In this document: positions 49,912 through 63,170 of the stretch, piece by piece
Layout: each line of letters begins with the position of its first letter
Numbering within the stretch: position 1 is the stretch's first letter
Source: Nemertoderma westbladi
Taxonomy: Eukaryota > Animalia > Xenacoelomorpha
Length of the DNA: 64,000 bases
Reading direction: 5' to 3'
NCBI GenBank assembly: GCA_032718475.1
Contig: JAUCBJ010005520.1
Coordinates: 62,001-126,000, forward strand
Notes under the pieces: generated by a model
What the model was told of the DNA's origin: nothing
Database searches by the model: none
Seen by the model: the letters and a program-made list of their open reading frames with translations, nothing else
Position numbers and translations under genes: made by a program

Positions 49912-50365
49912 GTCTAATAAACATCCAAAGACCTGCATCTTGAAGCGTCAGTAAAATGCGAGAACTTCAGAAACAGCCCACATGCAGCTAGTTGTTATGG
50001 GCTGTCCACCATGCTTATTTTCTCCATGGGCCTGCAAAATCATAAGATTGGGCGCAGGCTGGTCCTCACAGAGAAAGCAATGTCCTGCAAAGTGGAGGCG
50101 CTGTAAGTGTCAAGGCTTGGAGGAACCAATGAGTCACCTCCAATGTTATATATGGTCTATTTGGATATGTGTGCATTGAATATACTTGAAACAGTGAACC
50201 CAGCCTAGAATTCATGTGAATGTGCTATCCCGAGATTTGGTGTCCTCAGTAGTTAGAGACCAGCGTGGACTTCAATAGAGGAGTAGTGTTATTCTGGTGC
50301 TCTAAATAATAGGAACTTAAGATTCCGACATATTCTGTGTGACTTCCAAATCCAGGAAAGCTTGT
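49912..50365 (-). mobile_element. 3' fragment of the RTE family
   Basis: Matches about 8770-9045 and extends it (QRLHFAGHC). Confidence 0.75.
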
Positions 50366-50889
50366 TGTGCTCAGCAAATGTGGGGAAGGCCAAAGAGCAA
50401 CACTAATGGAAATTGGAAAATTTTGTCCCCCTCTAGCTGTGTATGACAAAATTAAATATTTCACTAAAAACACTACCGATACGTCTAGTCCCTTGATATT
50501 TATCCAAATATTTTGAAACCAATTTATTTGCTCTCAATACTCTGGTCACAGGTCTTCGTGTCTACAAAAACTCTCCAGCAGTTCTTCTAATTATCAATTT
50601 TTAATAAAAATTAATTATATTTCTATCTTCTATTAACATTTCTGCACAAAATGATTGTTTTTGGAAATTTTTGTGGATTATATTATTTTCGGTCTATATT
50701 TTGGGAAAAAAATTTTTGTATCTGTTTTTTTTAGTTTGATATAAGGGCTTTCATGAGGTGACATCGGTTTTCACCATTGAATGATTTTTTTTGACCACAA
50801 AACAGCACTTTTCAACAACAATATGTAGGCCTATGGCTGATATTCATGACTCTCCGTATAAAACAACCCTTTTCTCAGTTCGCCGTTTT

Positions 50890-53800
50890 TATAATAATTG
50901 AGATAACCACAGTACTGCTGTACAATAATAAATCTTACACCGACACCATAATATATATAGTAAGTAAGGGGCGAGCCATATATTACAATAGTACCATCCT
51001 ACATGGATACACCATCTGCTTTTCCCTACAGGATCGAAATTAGTTCAGTTTGTTTTGATCGGTTATGACTGTGGGGTGAAGGTTTGAGTTTCAGTTTCGC
51101 CGAAACAGATGGTTTGTTAGTGGTTGCGTGTGCTTCGTTGTGGTCCTGCTACCGGAATTGTTTCTGAGTTACTTACAGTTTCAGTCCGCGATGACAGTGG
51201 TTGGTAGTAGAGGCATAAAAATCGCCTGTTTCGCCACCAAATGCGTCCAGATGGGAGTTTAACATGGTAATCCCTCCGTTTCCCAACTTAGACGACCTGA
51301 CCAATATGGGTTACATTAACAAACTGCTGGCTAGATGGAACGGCATTCCACTCCTCCACTATAGGGAAGCCGGAGTAATGATCTGTATATACCAGGAAGT
51401 GATTTCCACCAAGTTCAAATAAATCAGAGGAAGCGGATTGGAATGCATGGTTGGATACAGGGTCTGTCTGTAATGTCTCATTGTGGAGGCTGGGTAGTAC
51501 TCCCTGACAGGCATCACATTGGCCAACCAATGGCCAATATATTGGCTTTGGTGCTGGGCTAATAGGCGCTATTTCGCACGCGCTGTTTCATCCTAGTGAC
51601 TCCGAGGTGATGGGTGTGTAGTTGTTTTAGAACTTCACTCCTCTGTGACCTCGGTATTTATTACCAGGCGGTCCCCAAATAATACCAGGTCATTGTTGTA
51701 TAATGACAAATTGTTGCTGATCGACCGGTATTCTTGTACCGAAGGTGGTGCAGTGTGGACTTTGCGAAAGTCGTCCCAAATATTTTCGATTTGTTGTTGG
51801 AATTCGGGATCAATGCGTGCTGCAGCTCATAGTCCCTCCATCAATTCATCTCCACTGTCGGAGTCTGATCCGTGAAGGTGTTGGTTGATTGCGTTAATCA
51901 CTAATGGTGTAATGTGATTAGTGTCATCTGGTACTGGTTCCACCAGGAAGCGACTAAGTGCATCTGCTATGGGATGTTGTTTTCCCTTTTGCCATATTAA
52001 TTCGAATTGGTATCTTGATTGTAAATCTGCCTTGATCTTTTGTATCTTGCGATTTTCAATCTGGTCGAGGTTATATGAATTAAATATCGCCAGCAGAGGC
52101 CAGTGATCAGTGACAACGGTGAATTTCGGCCAGCAAGATATAGTCAGCACTTTGAGATGGCATAATGAATTTCGATATTCTCCAACTCTATTACCACATA
52201 CCGTCTTTCTGGGTCTGTAAGGAATCGGCTCCCACATGCGACTATTTTCCAGTCATCACCATGGAGTTGTAGGAGGTCGAATCCAAAGCCATATAACCTG
52301 GGCATCTGTTTCAAGGCGGGTTTCTCGGGTCGTGTCGAAGGGCGCTGGTACTGGGGGGCTAATCCGTGCTTTTTTTTAACTTTGGTAAATGCGGCGTCTT
52401 GATTGTCTGTCCATACGAATGCGTTTCGCGCACATAATAATTCACGTAGAAATCAGTCATTGAGATATCACTACTGTAATGACCCAGTTGATTGACCAGG
52501 CCCATGAAACTCCGCAAGTCCGTGATATTCTGAGGAGTTGGAAATTCGCTAATCGCAGGGAGTTTACCAGGTTCGGCGCAATTCCATCCTTGGATAATAT
52601 ATATCCCGCAAATTTCACTTGTCATTGAGAAAACTGGAATTTGTCTTTGTTAATAGTGATTCCATTCTCCCTGCAACGTTATAGGACTTATCCTACCCGC
52701 TTATGATGCTCAGCGACATTTGTGTCCTTGATAAGGATGTCGTCAATGATTTTGTAGACTTTTGAGAAGCCATCCATCGCCATATCTCCGCGAAAATTTT
52801 AGCTATCTCCCGAATTGATGAATCCAATGGGTGCTCTACAATAGCGGAATCGCTCCTATGGCGTAATGAATGTTGTCAGGTCGTGTGATTCTTCGGCTAA
52901 TTCCACCTGCCAGTACCCAGATTTCGCATCAAGGACACTGAACACGCATGCTCCTGGTGTTCTATGTGAGATAATGTTGTGTGGAGATCGCGCTGTGTGT
53001 ACTGTCAACTTAACCTGACTATTTAACTTGGTCAAGTCAAATGTCATTTGGATTTCGCCCAGTCTGTTTGTCTTGTTGGTTATAACTATGGGGTGGCTCC
53101 ATCCTACGGGTTGGTTGCTAATGCGTTCGATGACGCCCTTTGCCAGCATCCCATCTATCTCTTTTTTTTTTGCTTTGTCTGCATTTAAACAGTATGGTTT
53201 CACCCCATCTATGAGTTGTATGTTCATCGGCAGCCCCAACATAGTTGGGAGTTCTCCAGGTTGATCAAACACGTCCTTAAACTCCTGTAGGAGCTTCTCT
53301 CCTCCGCAATACAGAAATTCTGGTATTGACCACTCCGACCACATAGGTTGTATGTTGCATTTTCCACTTTGCAGTGCCCGCTGAGCGGTACAGGGTCACC
53401 ACATTTCATGCACTTTCCAGTCTCCACCTGTTGCTGTCTCACATTCTGGTAGGTGTCTCTGGATATTGCCTTTCGCCGTGGGCTGTTGTCCCCAAGTTTA
53501 TTACGTTGATAACGACTTCTAAATCAAGTTTGTGCGCGTCCATGCTGAGCATCGGTTTGGTTTACCACATCCACGCGGTGTTGTAGACGTTGTGTTTCTC
53601 TGCTGGCGACCTCCTGAGTGTGGCAGAACTCGATCGTCTCTGTGTAGTTCAATTGTGGATGTTTTCCAAAAATTTCCTCCCGAGTTTTATCGTCGTTAAT
53701 CCCGCAATCGACTATAGTTTGACGCCAGTCATCCATGTTCATTTGTGCGATTTCAGCATCATTGAATGCTTCACTAAGGCGTGAAAGGTATTCATCAAAT

Positions 53801-54090
53801 GTCTTTCCTTCTGATTGTCTCATTTTTATAAGCTGGTATCGGTCCAACTTTATGTTATGTTGCGCCCGAATATACCCGTGTATCAAGTAGGCCTATAGGG
53901 TAGGGTAGGTAAGTCCGGATTGCTGCGCCATGGTCTGTAAAGAAAGCAGATATATAGTGTAGTGAATAAGTATAATAATTGAGATAACCACAGTACTGCT
54001 TAATTAATAATAAATCTTACACCATAATATATATAGTAAGTAAGGGGCGAGCCATATATTGCAATAGTACCGTCCTACATGGATAAACCA
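50890..54090 (-). mobile_element. Degenerate Ty3/Gypsy element with short LTRs
   Basis: 5' LTR 53931-54090 (160 bp), partial 3' LTR about 50890-51014, canonical PBS TGGCGCAGC, PPT AGGGAAAAGCAGA. Gag (53524-53886), RT (LDAKSGYWQV), RNase H (VVTDH-PL) and integrase pieces in Gypsy order. Confidence 0.85.
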
Positions 54091-54304
54091 CATACCAAAA
54101 TGTGTAGCAGCTTTAGGTCCTACTTGTACTACTTCTATTTATGATTTGATCATTTGTTATATTTTAATAAGATTACAAAACCGCCGTGGAAGACCGGATG
54201 AAATGAAATTAAATAAGTATTTTTGTGGCTATGATTATCTCAACTGAAATGGAATTTAAAAATCATGAAGCCAATTCTAATTAATTTTAATTTATTAATT
54301 ACAG

Positions 54305-54473
54305 AGATCCTAGGTGCAAGTCATTTAATTATCGTAACAAACAATCTTCTGGATTCTGTTGTCAATTAAATAACCAATATGCTGAAGATGTCAACACAAC
54401 AGACCTGCTTCCATCTGAATCCTATGACTACATGGCAATCAGTGATGATAAACCGGGAACATCTGTACCACCA
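54305..54473 (+). CDS. Host gene exon B: second half of the PAN domain
   Basis: TTACAG acceptor, phase 2: (R)DPRCKSFNYRNKQSSGFCCQLNNQYAEDVNTTDLLPSESYDY...; candidate donor GTTAGT, phase 0. Not in the ORF track. Confidence 0.7.
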
Positions 54474-55420
54474 GTTAGTGTCCACACAGTAATATACCAT
54501 AATGTAATGTAGGAGAATAAGCAATTGATAGAGTACCTAACTGTAGTAGGCATTATATATTACTATTGATTGGATAAACTAAATATCACTGGCAGACACG
54601 TTAGGCCTTTATAGATAACATAATTATAACAATAAGTCAAGAGTCAGCTGATCGCCACATTCTCTCCTCCACTAAGAAGAGTTCCTGCATCCATACCAAT
54701 CTGGTTGGCACCAACTACTTTGGGAGCATCCTGATCATTGAGGTTCCATTATTGGAGCCTCATTTACGAGAGGTTGAGTTAATGGAGGAGGTTCCAAAGT
54801 TATAGGTGATTGCGGAAATTCTTCAGTGGTTTTGAGATGGTCACAACTGCCAATTGTAATGTGACGAACTCGTCAACCAAACCTTGAAAACTTGAAATGA
54901 ACAAATCGGCGAACAAATATTGGATCATTGGTAGCATTCCTGCATCTACATCTATCTAAAATGTATCACCCTTACTGGGTTAAAACGCCAACCGGCCGCC
55001 CTTGGCAGGGTTCGGCCTACTATACATTGTTATCAGCTGATCGACAGACAACCTGATAATTGGTAATCACACCAATGGTAATGTGGCCTTATAGGTGATT
55101 AGCTCTAATATCTTATCTAAAATCTTATTTTTTTTTTAATAACTACACCCCAGACGGGGTAAAATGATGGTAAAATCTTATTAAAATCTTAATCTTTAGA
55201 GCTTAGCTCTAAAGTAGCCTTAGAGTTGATGCGCCCTACTACTCTTTGGATGACAATATCACACCATCTCCTACTTTAAAAATTCCATTGAATTGAATTT
55301 TTGGGCTCAATTTGGGTTAATTAACTAATTTACTAGTCTGATGTTTGTTCTGGCCAATATCGTTGGTAAATGTTGGCTGTTGTTCCCTTAATGCAATCCT
55401 AAGAAGCATTGATTGCATAT

Positions 55421-55570
55421 AAATAAATGCATATCATAAGCGCAAAAAATAAATGCATATCATAAGCACAAAAAATAAATGCATATCATAAGCGCAAAAA
55501 ATAAATGCATATCATAAGCACAAAAAATAAATGCATATCATAAGCACAAAAAATAAATGCATATCATAAG
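55421..55570. repeat. 26-bp minisatellite (about 5.8 copies)
   Basis: Unit AAATAAATGCATATCATAAGC(G/A)CAAA. Confidence 0.9.
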
Positions 55571-57401
55571 GTTCAATCAATCAAAGATCTTGTAAAGCAG
55601 CTGAAACAATTGCTGCTCCACTTTTATCTGAAGTACCATATCAATCGCACTCCCTAGCTACTGTTGGCATTTATAATTTCATTTGTGTGGAGGTGGTTGC
55701 TGTAGAAACTCTGATGTTGTCCCCCTTCATCAACTTCAAATATAGGGAGAGTCTTCAGTTTCATCTAACACCTGCACATCTGGGGAATGACAACGTTCTC
55801 TCGTATTGGCTGCTGTTGAAGAAGCACCACATTCCATTGCTGTTCCGATTTGTTGTTCTCTGATCAGTTAGAAATTTCCATCAGTGCAGTGGAACCTTGA
55901 GCCTTTTTCCAATGGTACATTGTAATATAATGTAATGTAATATAATTCTCACAACGACAAGCAGCAATTTTAATAAGCTTACTAGAATCATCCTTGAATA
56001 TTAGTAATTTACCAATATATGAAACATCACCTTGAATCTTCGATTTTTGTAATACAACGTGGTAGTTGTCATTATATTTTGTATCATTTTATTAATATTC
56101 ATAAAGGAGATTGACGCTTTTGTTGACATTGCTGCAATATGTATCTATTGCAACCTTCCTAGTTATTTCGTTTTTGGTAGGTGAAACGAGCATATTAAAT
56201 AACAGTGCAGCCAGTTTGTAGAAACTATCACTGTCGGAATGTATATTACTTTCGGCACTCAGCACTCACTCAATCATTCAGGATGTCAAACCCAGACTAA
56301 ACATGGTGAAAACGACACACTGGCCCATCGAATTTTTGGTGGAAATAATTCACAACATGTCCAGGGGCCTTAGAAAATACTACTTTCAGTGGCTTGTTTT
56401 CATGGAAGTGAATTCAAAATGAAATAAACTCAAACACCACGACCACCCACCCCACCACAACTGCCAGCAACAGCGCTATCGCTATAGATCCAGGGCGATC
56501 CCAGAGTCTCCCAGGAAAGTTAAGAATGCATGCTGATCAACTCCATTGATGAATACAATAAGGTTCAATTACATCATTGTGGGAAGGTAATATATTTGGT
56601 TTCATTTCGGTTAAGTGCCCAACTGTAGGATATTTTAGCAAAATCCTCAGACGTACCTGGGGAATGGAAGATTGTTCCTCACTAATTATTATTATAAAAC
56701 TATTTTATATTTCAGATCTAATTACCTGAAAAAATTAGTTTGCCAACCGTTGGATTTGCTCATTCTAGTGCTCTTTGGGGAAACGCATCATTAGGTCAAT
56801 GCTTTGTCAACTTTGGTTGTTAGGTCATGCACATCTTTAGGTCCTGCTCGCCCTCTATTCTAATACAGTAATTTACCAGTAGTATCATTCATTTGATGTT
56901 AGGTGAGGATTAGTTGGTAAGCCTCAAGTACAGTGTCTTGCAACCGTAAGACTGAGAAATAATCTAACAATTTAGCAGAATTTCGGACATTATTGCCTTG
57001 ATTGGTTTAGGTTTATGTTATGAATTAGGGTTACATGGCACTAAATTTGGGATCGGGACATGCACAGTATTACTTACACTACAATAAAGTTAAAGTTATA
57101 AATTATAAGTGTTGGCAAGAAAATGTGAAATTTTAAATTTCAATGAAGGTCTTATTGGAGTGATCTGAAATTCAAAAAACGGGATTTTTATGTATTTTTT
57201 GGCATCATTTCGCAACTTTCCTACCGCTTTCACTTCAAATTTGAAATAAAAATATTTCGATCAACCCTAATGCAACAACTATCAATCACGAAAGTCATAA
57301 AAATCATGTATTTTTTTAATGAAACAAACCACTTCAATTATTTTATGTTTGAAATGCATGACTAATAAGCCTTCTCACATGTGTTTTTTCTGTTGTTTCA
57401 G

Positions 57402-57471
57402 TGCAAATGTAAAAGTGGAACTGAAGAAATTGGTTACGTGGAGGAAGTATGTCTCCTGGAACAAAAAAAAC
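57402..57471 (+). CDS. Host gene exon C (Cys-containing, 70 bp)
   Basis: TTTCAG acceptor and GTGAGT donor; CKCKSGTEEIGYVEEVCLLEQKK; phase 0 to phase 1 bridges exons B and D. Confidence 0.6.
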
Positions 57472-57925
57472 GTGAGTAATGCTATAAATACACTATGGTA
57501 CAAGTCAGACTAGTCATTAGTAGTATAGGATGAATTTACAATCATGACAAATATGTTTAACAACCGGTATCACTTTCGAAATGTTTCGAAAATTTATCCG
57601 TTTTGAAATAATCAATTCATGTTTGTATCCGCAATAATTTTTATTGTCCGTTTAAATCCTTTTTTTTTGTCCTTTTTTTTTTATTTTTTATGTCCTCCAA
57701 AAATCTAATGTTCGGTTCCATGCTACCGGTTTCTCTACTGCTGTTCTCTCAGGCTATCAGTACCGGTATTAGTATATATAGCACTATTTTGCTGTATTGT
57801 ATGTACAGATGTAGGTATAAAGCAGGTATTTCTGTATTTTAGTTCCGGTACCGGCACCGACTGCTGTAGGCCTACTGTGTTGCCTACCATTTAAATACGG
57901 TACTGGTAGGCCTAACGGCTGACTG

Positions 57926-58620
57926 GTTGTTTTGGTTAGAAAATCCCGCCTCTGTAACCTGCTCCTTTCCCCCGCCTCTGTAACCTGCTCCTTTCCCTCA
58001 ATTAGTTAAGTGATCGTTTATTGTTTTGGTTAGGAAATCCCGTCTCTGTAACCTGCTCCTTTCTCCCAATTGGTAATGTTATCGTTTATTGTTCTGGTTA
58101 GAAAATCCCGTCTCTGTAACCTGCTCCTTTCCCTCAATTAGTTAAGTGATCGTTTATTGTTTTGGTTAGGAAATCCCGTCTCTGTAACCTGCTCCTTTCT
58201 CCCAATTGGTAATGTTATCGTTTATTGTTCTGGTTAGAAAATCCCGTCTCTGTAACCTGCTCCTTTCCCTGATTTGGTAAAGTGACTGTTTATTGTTTTG
58301 GTTAGAAAATCCCGCCTCTGTAACCTGCTCCTTTCCCTCAATTAGTTAAGTGATCGTTTATTGTTTTGGTTAGGAAATCCCGCCTCTGTAACCTGCTCCT
58401 TTTTCTCAATTGGTAATGTTATCGTTTATTGTTTTGGTTAGAAAATCCCGTCTCTGTAACCTGCTCCTTTCCCTCAATTAGTTAAATGATCGTTCATTGT
58501 TTCGGTTAGAAAATCCCGCCTCTGTAACCTGCTCCTTTCCCTGATTTGGTAAAGTGACTGTTTATTGTTTTGGTTAGAAAATCCGGCCTTAACCTGCACC
58601 TTTCCATCAATTGGTAATTG
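57926..58620. repeat. 68-bp tandem repeat (about 10 units, three recurring variants)
   Basis: Constant TTGTTTTGGTTAGAAAATCCCG(C/T)CTCTGTAACCTGCTCCTTT plus a 26-bp part that recurs as three variants. Confidence 0.9.
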
Positions 58621-59634
58621 TTTTTGGCTATGAAATGAGTGTTTTGCTACGTCATGTGGTAATCGATTATCGACAACAACCACAAACTATTAAATTTAGA
58701 GTCTTTTACCACAGGCGCATATGGAATTCTATCTCATAGTCTATAAATCATGGAATGTTTTGGCACAGGCATAGTGAAACCAACTATCCGACAGACCAGA
58801 AATCAACAAATTTTGAATGTTTTGGCATAGGCATGTTGAAATCAACTGTCTGACAGTCCAGAAATCAGCAGTCTGACAGTTTGAAGAAATACATGTACAT
58901 AAAAAGTCATTAAAAGGACAACAAACGTCATTAAAAGGACAACAAAAGTCATTATGCACAATTCGTAAAAATTCGTAAAAAAGGACATAAAAAATCACTG
59001 CCGTTTGTATCATCAGATAATAAATTGACTAAGCCTAAAGTAGGAGCTGTATTGAATGTTAACCAATTTAATATATAAATTACTACAATATTATATAATT
59101 CAACAAAATCCTATTAAAAATATTGCAAGTAACCAGGAAATTTAATATGTAGTGTGTATAATATCTATACATATATATAGTATGTATAGTACTATGTATA
59201 TCAATATGTAATGCTGAACACAGAATACAGGTCGATGCATGTCGATTTTACCCTTGAGAGGTATAATTTTGATTGCAACAATAATATTCATGACCCCATC
59301 TGCTACAATTTGAAGAAGACTATTATTACATAATAATTAATACCTATAATTAAAATAATTAATTATTATAATTCTATAGTTAATAAAAACAGTATATCAT
59401 TCGGGGGATGGAATTTATAGGTCATCTAATTAATTGTTTAAAGATTAGCAAACAATACAATGTAATTGCATTGATAAAACCCATAAATAAAACTTGGATA
59501 TAAAATGTAAAATCGGGCTGCAAAAGATCACTTTCTGAGCTAAGAAAGGAAAATTGGATACAACTTGTCTGGATACAAGCGGTCCGTTTACCTTACAAAA
59601 TGAAAAATACGAATGTGCGAAGTTAAGAACAATC

Positions 59635-59765
59635 GGGGGGTAGTGTCCGGGGGGGATCTGGGGGGGAAGTGTCCGGGGGGAAGTGTCCTACTTGAGCGGG
59701 GGGGGAACTGTCCGGGGGGGAAGTGTCCGGGGGGGGGGGGGGGGGGGGGGAGAGTGTCCGAACAC
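59635..59765. repeat. G-rich GGGGGGAAGTGTCC motif array
   Basis: About six G-run-A(A/G)GTGTCC-like units; related in style to 31598-31700. Confidence 0.5.
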
Positions 59766-60347
59766 CGTTTTTCCTTTATTGTTTTTGTTTTCGGTTTTCT
59801 GTTTCTCGTTTTTCTTAATCTCTTCATCTGTGAAAATTCCCCGGCAACCCATCACCTTAATCAATATGTAGACATTTATCATTATTTTGTATTCTACCTA
59901 ACCATGCGCTTAGAGTAGACACCTTATAATCCTATGTAACCTACCTAATCCAATTACACCATTTAGTATGTAGACACCTGGGATTTCCCTATCAGCTTTT
60001 CCCAATTCAACCCTATATTTGTACTTTAGATTGACAGCTTACAACTAACTCTATGTATTTTCCCTTATCACAATTACCTTACATTATATATACACGTTAA
60101 CCTTTTACCTTTAACCTTTTACACGTTAACCTGGGTTAAACTATCAGGTATTCTCCATTAAAACTTATATATATATATATATAGACCCCCACCTTTTCCT
60201 GTTAGTTGCCAGTACATAGTCTGATGCAGACCAGTAGGTCGAAAACGTTTACTATTGGATCTTTAATTAATATAATATAACCAGCTAAAGACCCTCAATA
60301 CTTTATATATTTTTTCTATCATCTGTACACTATGATTACTATTGCAG

Positions 60348-60521
60348 ATGATGGTGAATGGACAAATTGGACTACTGATACAAGCTTATGCACCAATCAT
60401 ATACCACCGGAAGAAACTGGAGGCATCATAGTGAGGTTTTGCGTGAAAAAGAGATGGGGTGGTGGTTGTGAAGGCATAGAAGAGCTACACCCTTGCATTG
60501 TTGACACAATGGGTTATTATG
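60348..60521 (+). CDS. Host gene exon D: divergent thrombospondin type-1 repeat
   Basis: TTGCAG acceptor and GTATGT donor, 174-bp symmetric phase 1-1 exon; DGEWTNW...C...R-C...GGGCEG...C. Confidence 0.65.
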
Positions 60522-60899
60522 GTATGTAATGATGATAGAGATATTTGTTTTGGATGGGGGAAACCATTTCAGTATTATATAGTATATAATATATTATTTA
60601 GATTAGTTAGCACAATAGTTTTAATGTTTATCCCCAATGATATGTTGAATAACACCTAAATACTTCGATTAGACATTATACTGTAGATATACTGTAATTG
60701 CCATTATTATGATTATACTGTGATATTTAATACTGATTTGAATCCATAAACAGTCATATACCAATTATTGAAACATTTCGAAATGATATAATAGTGTAGT
60801 TTAAGTAAGCAAAATAATGCTATACAATGTGTATACAATGTTGTGTTCCTTGTATAATATTCCAGTATATGTACTATCAAAGGATACGGCCCTCAACAG

Positions 60900-62329
60900 T
60901 AAGAACCCAGTAAACTTTCATTGGCACCACAAGCTTCGGTTCTGCACTGAAAAGTCCAACCCTCAAAGATGTACTCAATCAGTATTATTTCCAGATCCTG
61001 TACATCTGATTGAGCACTGAACATATTTCAGACTGGACAGACTGATGAGGTTCTGATTAAGGACATGGGGGGAGGTTGGCGACTTGCCCTCGCTTCAGCA
61101 GATGATAGTGGCAATGGTGGAATTGGTCTATTGATGAATCCAACTGCACATGCAGCATTTGGACAACATAGACCAAATCTCTAACCGCATCATCCGTTGC
61201 CACTTCTCATGTTCTGGAAGACTGGCTAAGAAGTTTCCTAAGGTGGTTCTGATTGTGTGCTACTCTCCAACTAGTGTTGCCCCTGTAGAGGAGGTGGAAA
61301 ATTTCTACCACGATCTACAAGCAGCTACTGATGGAGTGGATCAGCATGCATTCTTAACATTCCTGGGAGATTTTAATGCAAGTCTGCATCAATCACCTAC
61401 ATCGCCCTGGGTCTATAGCAATAGTGTTAACCGAAATTCTGTCCATCTTCAGGATTTTATCTCTGGAAATGGATTGTTTTCGGCTGGAACCCAGTTCAAG
61501 AAGCGAACTCGAAAGCTATTAATGGACTCATAGTGGACACATTGGTCACAAGTCCCAGATAGACCATATTCTGTTTCGTAGGAAATACAGGAGCTCTATA
61601 CAAGACTGCAATGCATTTACACTTCGACCCTTCTCCAGTGATCACCGCCTTATTGTGGCCAAGGTAAGACTTAGTCTGCGTGCTAGCAGAACAACGAAAT
61701 CTGCCTTGCCGCGGCATGACTGCTCCTCTCTGTTGCAACAGCCAAGTGCGAGATCCAGCTTCACACTACAGCTGAGCAACAGGTATGAGGTTCTTGCCTC
61801 TGAGGCGGCAGATACAGTAACTGTGAGGGCTATACTGCCTTCACAGAGGCAGTTAAGTTAGCAGCTGCAGAAACAGTTCCTGTGTACCCTCGAAACAGGA
61901 AACGGGTCCCCTGCCTGGACTGACAACAAAATTCAGAAGTGCCGAAATGACCTCTACAAGGCGCAGAAAGAGTCCCGACTCAAACAGACTACAGCGGCCA
62001 AGAATGCAGTTAAGGCTGCATCTAGGTCCCTGAACAGGCAGTACTCTGTTAATTTACAGGAATTAATAAACCAACAGGTTGATGCCATCAATGATGCTGA
62101 CGACAGCAGGCAATCATCCCAGGCATGGAGATCGATCAACTTGCTTGCTGGACGAAAAAGCCAACCAACCACCAAGGTTAAGGCTGAATCACCAGCCGAT
62201 CGCCTCAATGGTTGGAAGGCCCACTTTGAAAAGCTCCTCAATAATGACAGGGTATTGCCTGATAACTTTATAGAAGTAAAAGTGTCTGAGTATGTACTCC
62301 CAGATATTCCCATTGGTGATATATCCTTT
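60900..62329 (+). mobile_element. Internal fragment of the RTE family (APE region), uninterrupted
   Basis: Matches 18327-18900 and 9990-10716 in reverse complement and spans the insertion site of element 1. Confidence 0.9.
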
Positions 62330-62355
62330 GCTCCTTCACTCCTACCAAATTTCAG

Positions 62356-62489
62356 ATGAATCTGATGGTTGGTTCTATAATTACACAGCTACCGGCGAAA
62401 AATACAAGTTTGAGAACTCTTATGCAATTTTACGTATCCCATTGAATTCAGAACCCTCACAAACCCATTTAACGCAAGAAACAAGATGA
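62356..62489 (+). CDS. Host gene exon E (possible start of a C-type lectin domain, possibly truncated)
   Basis: TTTCAG acceptor, phase 1: DESDGWFYNYTATGEKYKF...; runs into repeat-like sequence and a stop. Confidence 0.4.
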
Positions 62490-62819
62490 CTCAATCAATT
62501 TATATTTGATGGATTTCAAAATTTGGTTCTAGCACAAATTTTGCAAATTCTGAAATCCAGTTTTTAGGAAATTTGAGATGTCTCGTTAAATAAATTATTA
62601 AACCCGTTTAATTATTTATACGGGCTATATTTATACCACTGAAATTGAATTCAGAACCCCATAAACCTGTACAATGTGTGACACAATGTGAGATTTTCAC
62701 AAACAATTGAATTATTTTTAATTGTTTTCTAAAAAGTTCGTGCAGGCGCCAAATTTTGCACATAGCAGCAAAAAATATATATGCCTGGAGCAGCAACTCG
62801 TATAAATTCCATAATGACT

Positions 62820-63170
62820 CGGGACAATTCGTACGCGGACAATTCGTACCCGGATAATTTGTACCCGAATTTTTTGACGGGTACGGATTATCCGGATACT
62901 GAAAGTGCGCTATAATGATTTGTTATACCAGCTAGTTTTTTCTACTTTTTTATAAATGTTATAGAACACGTGTTAGTTATCAATTTTGATAAATATTTTT
63001 GTTCTAGAACACATTTTTTTCTAGAACATTTTTTTGGAAAAAATACCATCCTACTGTTAGAAGGTCAAATATTTGTTCTAGAAAAATAAACCTACATTAT
63101 CTGTACCCGGACAATTCGTACCCCTCAAAAAAAATTTCTGGTACGAATTGTTCGGGTACGAATTGTCCTA
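62820..63170. mobile_element. MITE-like element with GGACAATTCGTAC repeats
   Basis: Tandem GGACAATTCGTAC units at the left and inverted GTACGAATTGTCC units at the right. Confidence 0.55.

Noticed and set aside
56716-56880. Additional host exon after a TTTCAG acceptor
   Set aside because: No recognisable peptide or convincing donor, and it is not needed for phase continuity.
57926-58620. CRISPR-like constant repeat with variable spacer
   Set aside because: The variable parts are three related variants that recur, not unique spacers. Eukaryotic context, no cas genes.
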